From the NCBI GenBank assembly GCA_964187785.1, contig OZ076409.1, positions 87,422,001-87,486,000 of the forward strand: 64,000 nt of DNA. Direction: 5' to 3'. The position numbers were made by a program, and so were the translations under genes. The stretch comes from Amphiscolops sp. MND2022. Its lineage: Eukaryota. The notes beneath the pieces are model-generated. The model searched no databases. It was not told the DNA's origin and saw only the letters and a program-made list of their open reading frames with translations. Below are positions 12,589 through 23,600 of the stretch, piece after piece; position 1 is the first letter of the stretch; the number at the start of each line of letters is the position of its first letter.

Positions 12589-15500
12589 GGCCTCTAAATG
12601 TCTTAAAATCAGTTAATGAAGATTGTCGCAAGCTGCCGCAAACAAATTCCCCGAGAAGGCGATAATTCTAACCCCCACCTGGTGTCATACCAATTTAGTT
12701 ACGTCCAGCCGGCCAGTGTAGAGTATATGAACTGGAACTTAATTCAAACTTCTTTTATGCTAATTTGTTTGATATAATTGTTTTATGCGCTTATTCTATT
12801 TACTTCATAGTTGAAATGTAAAATTAGTACTTTCTAATATGAACGGAAATTCACAAGGTGTAATTTAAATTCAAAAGAAGCAAGTGGAAAGCAAATAGGA
12901 AACGGGTTCAACTGGTACTCTGCTATGGCCCAGTGGACGAGTTGTCCAATTTTGTTTCATCCAATAACAATGCAGTACACTCATGTATACTCTACCTCAA
13001 AGGACTTAACGTCCCTTATGCTGCTTCCCTAACGATTATTGATGGCTCATATGAAGCATAATTTTGTTGCTATTGTTTAGTTGTACATGAAGCTCCCTAC
13101 CACTTACTTGTAACTTTTGAATAGTAAAGAGGATTTTTATAATTAGTACGATGACGTGCAATTGTATGACTTGATTGTCATGTAACGCGAAATATATATA
13201 GCGGACCGCCGATGAAAGGGACTTCAGAACTTTCCGATTGAACTCAAACACAAAACCATACTTTGATTCAATGCAACTTGTGTTCTCAGTAATTGAATTT
13301 TATATGAATAAACATTCTTTCGATGCCTTCGACAAGAAAACAAAGGGATAAGGAAAAACGTTCAAGACAATCGGAGGTGATATCTGACATGGAAAGCTTA
13401 AATATCATGTTGGGAAGGTGTTCTAGAAACGAGGCTGCGAGACAACTTAGTGATAATGAGGCAAATGTGGACCTGATGTCAAATGGGCCACAGAACAACG
13501 TTAACCCAACGAGTGAGCATTTTAGGACACTTTTGAACATTATAACAGAGAGAGTAGTGAAATCACCACAGAAACAGTAAGAAAGAGGAACTGTGAAATC
13601 GCTAGCCAACTCTCTATATATCAAAAAACCGTTTTAGGAAGGATCAAAGATCAATTTGAAAACAAAAACAAATTTCGGCTCTTAACATGATGATAAAGCG
13701 CTTTCCCTTTTATATATCACAATACTGTTTTTAGGATTGATCAATTTGAAAACAAAGACAAATTTCGGCTCCTGATCGGGGAGCCTACAGTGTGAAAAAC
13801 GCTTTTTACTGACTTAAACGTCAAAAACATTACAATGGAGGACTCTTTATATTGAAAAGTTGCACAATGGCAACACAAATTCTTAGGGGACCCTTTGGAC
13901 TCAGAAATCATTTTTTTGTAACTGAAAGCTTCAAACAAATCAAAGAATGAACCTTTGGTTAAACAGACAATTTTTCAAAAAAGACACCCAGTGTCGCAAA
14001 CTACATGGGGAACCTTTTGGTCTCGTCTGGCTCAGCAAACAAAACATAAAATACTTCGGTTCTTCGCGTGATGCGAGTCTCGTACATCTGCTTCAAAGTT
14101 ACACTTTCTTATCATCAGTGAATTAGGTTTTTTCCCAAAAACTGCGCTTATCGCTAGTTGCGCTTATGAATGGCCCGCTAAAGCTTCAGCCTCGCTTTTT
14201 AGAATAAAACTTTGGTCCAGCGAATTTAAGTTTTCAGAAACTTTCTTGACGACATTTTGAACTTTTGGAAGTTTCGATCGGTTACTCTTTTTCCTACAAC
14301 AAACAACTACCACAAGAAGCGAATTTTTCTACTGTACTGTTGTTGGGTGAAACGCCCAATACAAAAACCCTTACATGTTTTGGTTCCAAAATAGCTAAAG
14401 TTTTCAGCTAATCAGATAAGCACAAATTTCAGTAGTAGCTTTCGCTTTCTACACTTATTCGGATTTTACGTCACTTTCGCTTTCTGCTCTTATTCGGATT
14501 TTACGTCGCTTTCGATTCGTTTGCGTTTCCGCTTACAAGCGACCTAATTCGCTGCTATCCACTAGACAAGTGACCAGCATTTTTATTAGTACGTGAGTAT
14601 AAATTCAGACAAATTTGTTGAAAAACAAACGATAAAACTAAGAGTTCACATTTTCACTGGGCCAGACTTACGCCTAAACTTAATCATAGACTAATTGTAG
14701 TCCTTTAGGATTTTCAGGCGGAAACTCGTGGTTGAAAAAGCAAAAAAGGTGGTTGAGGTAAATAAGCCAAATACATTCATAATTAGTTTAAAACCGGCAG
14801 TGTAAAATTTTGATTCCTAAAATAAAAAGACCATTTTTTTCTTATTGAAACCATAAAGAGACTCGCTATACAAATTTCAATTAAAACAGTAATCTCTACA
14901 ACACTTTGATGATGTTTGATTGAGAGATACTTGCATTACTATTGCTTTGATGTCTTTGTTTTCACAGACAGAACACTTCTTTCAATAAATTGTTATGGAT
15001 GACGACTTGACTACATTATCAAACTTCAGTACTTCAAGAGCAAAATGATTAGTCTTGAGAGCAATTATTGGAGTCCCGTAGGAAATTTTCAATCAATTAA
15101 ATCTTCCACAAAAACTCTCTGGGAATATTTGTTCTTCGAAGAAGAACTGTTCATGCTCTCAAAATTCGCTGTCGAAGTTATAATTGAACACAAAATTAGT
15201 CTGGTGGTACAATTTCTTTTCTCTCGAGTATGCTTTTTGTGCTCTTTATGTGAAGTAAAATTGTCAATCTTTTCTCGTCAAAAGCGACCAAGTATCTACG
15301 GATCATTTATTTCTCATCTTGTTTTCAGCAAAACCAGGTTGACGTTTTGAACTTCTGCTATTTTGTCAACTGCTCCTGTAAGTGAGTGCCGTTATTTTGA
15401 AGCAAAAATTGTTGAGCTAGTTTTTCTTAAATAAAAATTGTATTTATCCCACAATTCATTAAGAAAATGGAAAAGACGCGTTTTAACTTAATTTGCCGCG

Positions 15501-15676
15501 TTTCAGTTATATTCTCAAAGGATATATGTTCTTCCAAAAACAGAAAAAACTAGCTTCGTTTCAAGGAAGTATCGGGACTTTTAGAAGAAAGTGACCAAAA
15601 TGAAAAGTGCAAAAAGGTCTGAAATTAAAAAAAAATTTAATACAACTTTTGTAGAACTTCTAAATCTTTTCGTAGC

Positions 15677-16580
15677 TGTTGTATTCGGGTTCATTCCGGT
15701 TCATGACCTTGCCGAGTTTCGGTTCAAAGAACTTTAGTCTATGTCTAGAATACCAAACAATGTTGATAAACAGAAACTACAACAAAACTATATTAGTTAT
15801 TTCATTTATACAAATTGGATATCTACAATCTAGACTATAGAAAAGAGATTACTTTTAGAAACCTTTCTTTTATCAAGCCTGTATTAGTAGAATATAACAT
15901 TGCGCAGTCAGCAGATTTTTAAACAAACCGAATTCTTACTAATAAACCGGAACCATGACAGAAAAAAATATAGTACCGAATCTTGAAACCAAAGCCACAG
16001 ACGGAAATCCGGTATTCACACCGAGACAATGGCTAGAAAGATTCAAACAATTCACAAAACGAGAACACAAAATAGACATCACACCTCTACTAAAAGGTGA
16101 AGACATAACCGATTCCGGTTGGGGCGCAAAAGAACAAGCAATTCAAGAAGATTTTATTTGGGGAGTGGGACCGGAAGCACTCTTCCAAATAACCCGAGCA
16201 GAGTACAAGACAGACCCGGACAGTATAAAAATCAAAGACATAATCCGGTTATATACCGAATACTACCTACCGAAACGAAACACTTACCATAATCGAGGAG
16301 ACTTCTTTTGGGCGAAACAGTCAGAAGAAGAAACACCGGAAGATTTTTGGAGAAGATTAATCGAAATCGAAAAAGAATGCAACTTCGGCTCCATATCGGC
16401 CGAAGAACTGCTAATCTCCAAATACATGACCGCAATAACCGATAAAAAACTACGGGACAAAATAATGAAAGAGAAAACACTGGAACTGAAGAAAATAATT
16501 GAACTGATAAAGCAAAATACATACGAAAAGAAAAACAAAAAGAACACAATCCCGGAAGCACTGATTTCATCAAAACTTAG
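15677..16580 (+). mobile_element. 5' fragment of a Gypsy-like LTR retrotransposon (short LTR, PBS, gag)
   Basis: 223-bp LTR TGTTGTATTC...GAATATAACA (15677-15899), then degenerate PBS TTGCGCAGTC and a gag-like ORF. Sequence becomes unrelated after ~16580. Confidence 0.7.
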
Positions 16581-16605
16581 GATATTTTCCGAGAAAGAAA
16601 TGTGA
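15955..16605 (+). CDS. Truncated retrotransposon Gag-like protein (216 aa)
   Basis: WLERFKQF...FFWAKQSEEETPEDFWRRLIEIEKECNF...ITDKKLRDKIMKEKTLELKKIIELIKQ matches the Gypsy gag capsid pattern (Q-x2-E-T/S-x3-F-x2-RL-x5-C-x-F). Confidence 0.75.
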   Translation: MTEKNIVPNLETKATDGNPVFTPRQWLERFKQFTKREHKIDITPLLKGEDITDSGWGAKEQAIQEDFIWGVGPEALFQITRAEYKTDPDSIKIKDIIRLYTEYYLPKRNTYHNRGDFFWAKQSEEETPEDFWRRLIEIEKECNFGSISAEELLISKYMTAITDKKLRDKIMKEKTLELKKIIELIKQNTYEKKNKKNTIPEALISSKLRIFSEKEM

Positions 16606-17002
16606 AACTTTTTCGAAGAAAATTCCCCAAAGTGTCTCGAAAAGCCAAAAGACGATAAATAATTTCATTTTTTTCCAGCGTTGTAAGCAATTTTGACATA
16701 TTTTGAACATTTTGATGTGTCCACATAGATCAACGGCAAAACGTTTGGCACTTTTTTGTAAACTGAAATCTGAATTTTCAAAAGGTGCGTAAATTCAAAC
16801 TTCGTGTCAAATGTTTCAACAATCTTGAACTTTATGTCGCTGAATAACTTCTGGGTCGAAATTATCCTTGAAAACGGTTCAGGGTACGAAACAAAAAAAC
16901 TTTCAAAAACTTGTGATGTCAAACAATCCAGTGAGGAAAACTATTGCCCTAAATGCCGAAGACAACATGTCTCGTGTTTTTCCCAAAATTAAAGAATAGT
17001 TT

Positions 17003-17254
17003 TGTTATACGGTTCATCCGTCAATCACCGGGAACTACATTTGACCTCTACCGAGTTCCGGTTGCAGACATACCTGCCATATAGATAAACCCAAAAACAC
17101 TTGATATAATACTGCGCTATATCACTTTATGTTTTGTTACCAAATACAAAAATTGTACTACGTTTGGATAGAAAGAGATATTTTAGAAAAGAGATTTTTA
17201 TACCGGTTTCAAAGTGTCTTACATTTCATTTTTGACTTTATTTTCCGAATAACA
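17003..17254. mobile_element. Probable solo LTR
   Basis: TG...CA with inverted ends TGTTATACGG / CCGAATAACA. No convincing TSD. Confidence 0.4.
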
Positions 17255-17675
17255 ACGCTTCATATGAGGTTTTTTTGCAGTCTGTAACTTTTTTTGGAAA
17301 TGGTTTTCTATTGCACAAATGGTTTTTTTCTTCGGTTGTTAAAAACATTTGAACTTGAAAAAAATGAAACTTTTGCAAGCTGAAACTGTCATTCTTTCAA
17401 TTTTTGGCACTTCGAAGTTTTGAGAATCTCTGAAAAATCTTGACAGTTTGAATTACCTCGCGCGTTTTGATTCTTGAGCCCTTCCTGGCTTGTATTTGCT
17501 ATAAACTGGTTCTTAGGTTTTGGTAAACCGTAGAATTCTTTTCTTGTTTGAGGATTCTAAGGATTTCCCAAGTGGCTTTGCTAGTCGGTACAGTTATATA
17601 CGGGCAAATGAAGTCCCACTTCAAAAATACATTCGATTTCATCATTTCAGGTTTCAAGAAAGACGAAAGTAAATT

Positions 17676-20600
17676 ATGGAAATGAATGCTACAACGATAG
17701 ACGTAGGCGGAAGAGACCCAATTCTGGTAAGTTCAAACTTTTAAAAAAGGATAAAATTTTATAAAAAGTATCCAAAATTCCAGCAAAAGCATGTCTTTTT
17801 CTCAAGTTGTTCTAGCCGCTACATTCACTGTAAGTCTTAGTTATCAATAAATCTATTTACCGAATCAAACAAATTATAATGCATATTAGTATGTAAGCAT
17901 AAGTTGAAACAATGAAACAATAACAAGTTTCCAGCAATTAATAATAGTGTTATATTTGGAAGGTTGATTCCTGGGTTGTTTCAGGAACAATGGGCTTTGT
18001 CCATGGCAGACTTGGAAAACCCGAGTTTGACTTGGATCCGATGGACAATGATAGTAGTGACCGTGGTCGCTGTGGTGGTCGGAATTCCAGGAAACTTGCT
18101 CGGTTGGTCAGTCTCACTTTCCTCACAAAAAGTACAATACGTCAAAAGGCGCCCAGTGTCATAAAAAACGCACCCAATCGAATCATCATTTTTTAATTAT
18201 CACAGATAATATAAATATACCCATATATGGAAATTCAAATAACCTGGCCTTATAAGGACTTCAAGCACGGACACTGGGGGCCTTTTAAAGTATTGTACCT
18301 ATCGGAAGGGAAGTGAGGAAAAAATACAAAAAAAACATGACAGGACATAAAAAATAAGTTAAAAAATAATTTTACAAAATGCGATGTCATAATGTTGAAA
18401 AAGGTGAAGGGGACCTATTGAATCCTAAATTATTTTGATTATATGGTACTCAACATACATCTTCAGTAACCATTTTTGGTATTTTTGTGCCCAAGGTTAT
18501 CATCAGTTATGATTCATAACCAAGACAGGAGTGTCTCGAAACGCTCGTGTTCTAATGTCTGCACTGATGACACTTTTTGTGCCTCCGATATTTCTAGTTT
18601 TAGTTCAGATCAATTTCTGAGACAAAAACAAAAATGATGACAACGAGAATATGAAGCGGCGCCCGTTTCAGGCTCAAAAACCGCAAAGTGTTTTATATGT
18701 TCTCAAGGGTGATTTTTAGGTTAAAATTGAAAACTTTGATACTCCGGGAAAAATCCCAAATGTGGCACTTCTGGATTGACAAATAGGCGCCTTTTAACCA
18801 TAGTGTGTAACTAGTTAGGCAAGTGTCCAAGCATATTACACGTTAGAGTCAAATGTAATGCAGGAAGTTCAACGGAGATGCTACAGAAAATGTTTTTAAT
18901 GCTGCGATGATATATTGACCAAAGCCGGTGAAGGAGAGCGGAAAAGGAGTCGGGAACGGATTAAAATAGTGAAAAACAAATTACGTACTGTAGAAATTTT
19001 TGCTAGAGGGTTGGAGAGAAATCCCAATGGCTCGATTCTAACAGAAAGGTTTAGTTTTTAGTGAGTAAGTTTCGTCGAAGTATCGCGTATTCTTTACACA
19101 AGGTCTCTCCAGTGCTCAAGTTTCGACTTCAAAAACACTATGGAAAAGTTGCTTGCAATTAATACTCTAATTCAGGAATTATCTGGATATAACAAGTCGA
19201 AGGTTTCCACAGTATATAAACTCTCAATCAAATAACAATAGCACAGCAGGCGAATGAATTATATACAATAACTCGACAAGACTGTGCCAGAATCACGATT
19301 CACTCAAAGATTTCCAAGTCCCGGACTTGTAACTAATTCTCTGCTCTCACTAAGCAGTTAAGTCAAATTCGATCTCGAGTAGGTTTCTTGCCCGCACACG
19401 GCTCAACTTACTCTTAACTTCGTAATCGTTCTTCTGTGTCAATTCGGTCTCTTTTCCCTCCCTGAGATATTTATCCATCAGCCGCATTTTTATTGTACCG
19501 ATGTCGCTCTTTTATTTGCATGCTTTTAACTTCATGTAGTTCCATTCCTTTTATGGCATGGCAGCTCTCTAGTTATGTTTCGGCCAGACATACTTCGCCG
19601 CCAACGACAAATACTTCAACAAAGGTTGTACAAAGTTCACATTTCAATAATAATTCAAGTCAACCAAGATATTTCCAATATCGAGCCAATCGTTTAATGA
19701 CCTTGAGTTACATGGTTTTCATGCTCTCTACGTATGAGGGTTACTTTTCCATCATCCTAGGTACAATACATCGCGAATCGATCCGCCTGACTGAAATGCA
19801 TAAATTATCGCTTAAAGACGCTGATTTACATGTTTTAATGTACGTTTTCCTATCTGCTCCGGGGTTACATCTAGAATGGCCTTCAGGTCCATCGGTGACC
19901 TTGAGGTCATCTGTCTTCATCTAAAGTTGCTACATGCCAAGTTATATCGTCCTAGGGTCAATGGTCTTCGAGTTACGTGATATGCGTATCGTTTGTTTAC
20001 TTAAGGCGGCTAAACCCGCATGGGTTACAAATACTGTTCCGTTCACAATAGCAGTCAACTACATTCGTTATCCCAATTCGTTTGAGATATTACAAGCCAA
20101 GGTCGAGGTCTATTATCGGTCGGGCCCGCGCGTCCGGTCCCGCGTGCCTTAAACAAACATTACTCCGCGCGTGGTGGATCGATCAATGTATCTTTCATGT
20201 ATATTACTTAGGGTCACTAGGTGAACATCTTGGGTAAGTTTCATGATCTTTGGGTCATCCGTTGGCGATTTACATGACGTTCGGGGTTTATTTACTTAGG
20301 GTCCGTGCTCCTCCTACACGCGTCGTAGGGTTCTAAAAATATGCGCAAACGGCCTAATATCCTATGGGCTATCAATTCCATACAAAATCTGATTTATCCC
20401 GTGATTGGCCGACGAGATCATAGGGGGTCGACCTAGGTCACTTCCGGTGCTAATAGCCCGGGACTGGGGGGTCTCGGCTCGGTTCCCTTTTTATGGACAA
20501 GTAGCATAACAGCTCCGGTATACGTGTGCCAAATTTCAGCGGGATCGGTTCAGTAGTTCGCCGGGACGGGGGGTGGTGTTTTTTTACATACCTCTTGTTT

Positions 20601-23600
20601 TTGCCCAAAATAAAAACTTAGTAAATTTTGCTCGAAGCGGTCGATTCTAACTTAGTTAATTCGGACAAATTCATCATCGACGTATCTCACTAGCTCGTTA
20701 ATTTCGCCTATTAAGTTTCGTTTACTTTATAAAAGTCTAGTTTGCCAAATAAGCCATATCGAAGCACGCTATTGTCAGCCTTTTTAGCTATTGTCATTTT
20801 TCCGACGGTCTAAAAACGTGATTAACACAGTTCAATTTGTCATATGTACTTCGCGCAAACGCAATGCATTTTTTTTGTAGACGCCAAAAACTAAAATTTC
20901 TACACTCTTCCCTTCTGGACTTTTATTCTCCCGAATAAACTTAACGGTATTGTCGTTGGCTGAATCGTGGGATCTGGGTTTAAAAAAAGCAATACAGTAT
21001 AGATATAGGGCGGGGATTAGGTAGTCAAACATCAATTTAAAAAAATAATATCTATATAACAGACAATTTAAAGCATTTAAAACTAAACTAATAGAATGAA
21101 ATTGAAAGATCTAATGAAAGATGAGATTTATATACGGGTATAAAAGAGGGACGCTATATGAAACGAGTTATTCCCGCACTTTCCTGGAGTTTGACATAAA
21201 ATTAATTAATTCCCCGACCTGCAGCCGATGCTCGCGGTGAAGATTTCCTGCGTACAGAAAAATTTCTCTAAGCGTGGCCAACAAGCTGGTCCACCTTCGG
21301 GTCCCTGGATGGACTTCCACATTTCGCCTTCGAGGCCGGTCAGAACAATGGATGTGGGCGATCATGGGTGCCTCCCCGAAGTCAAAGAAGATCCTCTCTA
21401 ACAACACCACCTCTTCGAAGTCTGGGCAGTCCCAGGTCCAATATAAGCCAAAATACGTCATCTCATAAAATGCGAATTTTTCTACTGCTCGCCAAGAAGA
21501 TCGAAAGTTTTGTGTTGTGAACATTTCGCCGTTCAGGCCTTTGTTTACTCGGCAAATTTACTTTGCGAAATCCGTCAACTTTTACCCACTCAACGTACCG
21601 ATACCACTAAGTTGGGCAATTTTCCCTTCAGATCGAAGCGCTAGCTTTTGTTTATCTAGAAAACATCTGGACATCCTGTATCCACTGAGTCGACAGTAAA
21701 AAGGAGTTTTGTAACATTCAAAATCGTAACTCGTCGCTGTAACCAACAACATGGCACAAGGCCCTTTCTTACTGAACTTGGTTTGGGAGTCTCAGTACTT
21801 CCGCGTGGTGTTCGAGATCACCCGTATGGAAATTGCAGAGCATCACGACGTCCAGCTGACCGTGGAGGGCGAATTGGGCGCGTTATGTCTGGACTACCTT
21901 AGCCCTGGTTGGGTAGAATTCGTCATCTTCCTGAGGAACCTCGCCACATCGGAGATTGGTCTGGTGGGAGTGCAAAAACTTCGTCTCCTCATTGCCCGCC
22001 AAAAACTCTGGGGTGCTCTGCGGGAGCCAACCCCTCCACATTTCTTACTTTAATTCATCCGTATAAACATCATCTGTCATCATCGACTTCCTTCGTTAAA
22101 ATTGAAATACAGTATTCATAGCTCTCCCTCTAATTTGAGAAAGTCCCCTTTAATGCTTACGAACGAGTACGATTCAGGGTTCGGTCGAGTCTTCTAGGCC
22201 CCCTTTAAAGAAAAGGGTGCAGGGGTCAAAGAATGTAACAAAAAAATACTGCACAAAGCTATATCAAAGCAAATCTGGGGGTTACGATTCATCACTAGGT
22301 ACAAAACGCTGATTTTGCACCGCATCATTAACTCGGGGTAGTCGTTTTAGGTAGGGGAGGTCGATTGATCGTAGATAATAAAAAAATATATAGTCAAGGC
22401 GGAACACCGCTTTGATAGAAGAGTATCTCAGGGCGATTAAAACATGGGGCATGGGTCACAATTCAACAAGGAGGCATATTTTCTTTGTAAGGGGGAAACT
22501 TCAGGGACGGGTCGCGTTGGGTCGTGAAAATTATACGCAAGAACCTGCCTTGAGCATTGGGGGGGAGTGACATTGTTTCGAGGCGCCATTGTTTTAGTAA
22601 TACCCAAAATTCTAATACCTAGCACTGCTAATTCAAAATTCTTTCTTCCCTTCTGCTCGCTTCGAAACAACGTCACAGGGGGGTTTCAGGTGTTCACGGG
22701 TGGCGCGATACCTGATTTATAGAAAAAACAAAAACAAAAAAACGTAAAATTAAGGAAAGTTTCACTATGTTTCGTAAAGTCGTCAAGCCGAGTCGAAGTT
22801 TCGGGTCAAATACATCTAACCAAAGACACGTCAATCTCCCGAAGTGATAGTTGTTCTTTAAGCCATCATCTTCTCACGGTCCAGTGGCATCCGGCTGAGC
22901 CGCTCCGCGTTTGACTGACCACAATCCTGCATTCTCGCTCCTCTTGTGCCGGAGAGACCGCAACACTCGCTCCTTCAACTTTCCCAGTTCTGATTGTTGG
23001 TTCCTGTCGAACCAGTCGTCAATGTGCTCCGAGCTGGAAGGTGTCGGCGAAGGGCGTTCTCCCCTTCTGCTTCCAACTTCTTCGACGTCAGTCTCGCAAT
23101 TGGGAGTCGGGTTCTGCTGAGGGACTACATACACTGTAATAGCTACGTGACTCCATTGAAGACGTCTTTAATTAGGCTTCGAATTTCACTCCAATTCAGT
23201 TTATCCAACCCACAGCCCATCCTCGGCAGGCTTATTCTGTGGACCCCAGACCACTCCGCGTGGGTTCTCATCTGTTGCAGCCACGTTTTTACGGATTCGT
23301 AGGCCGGTTTCTCGAAGTATCGTTGTTTGGTGACCAAGTGATACACGTAACGACGTTCTCCTTCAATCCACTGCGCAAAAACTGGCTGTCTCTTGTGGTC
23401 GACGTCTTTCGGATAAGTAGTGGGATACCTCGTTTTGACTTGCTTGGCAACTCCGACCCTCATGTGGAAATCTGCCGAAACACAGTGAGCCAAACAACCT
23501 TTGGACGAAAATAGGTCTCCCTCGATCTCTTTGTACTTCAGGTTTCCGCGTTCTACGTCGACGTCATCATCGCCAAAAAGTGTAGTCTGTCGAGGTTTCA

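Noticed and set aside
13181..13620. TGTAAC-starting segment with ORF MPSTRKQRDKEKRSRQSEVISDMESLNIMLG
   Set aside because: It resembles an LTR/gag-leader fragment, but no second terminus, PBS or TSD was found.
19493..20152. 143-aa and 72-aa ORFs repeated identically at 26057-26716
   Set aside because: They are identical only because they lie in the two LTRs. The longer one starts at TTG and neither has a recognisable domain.
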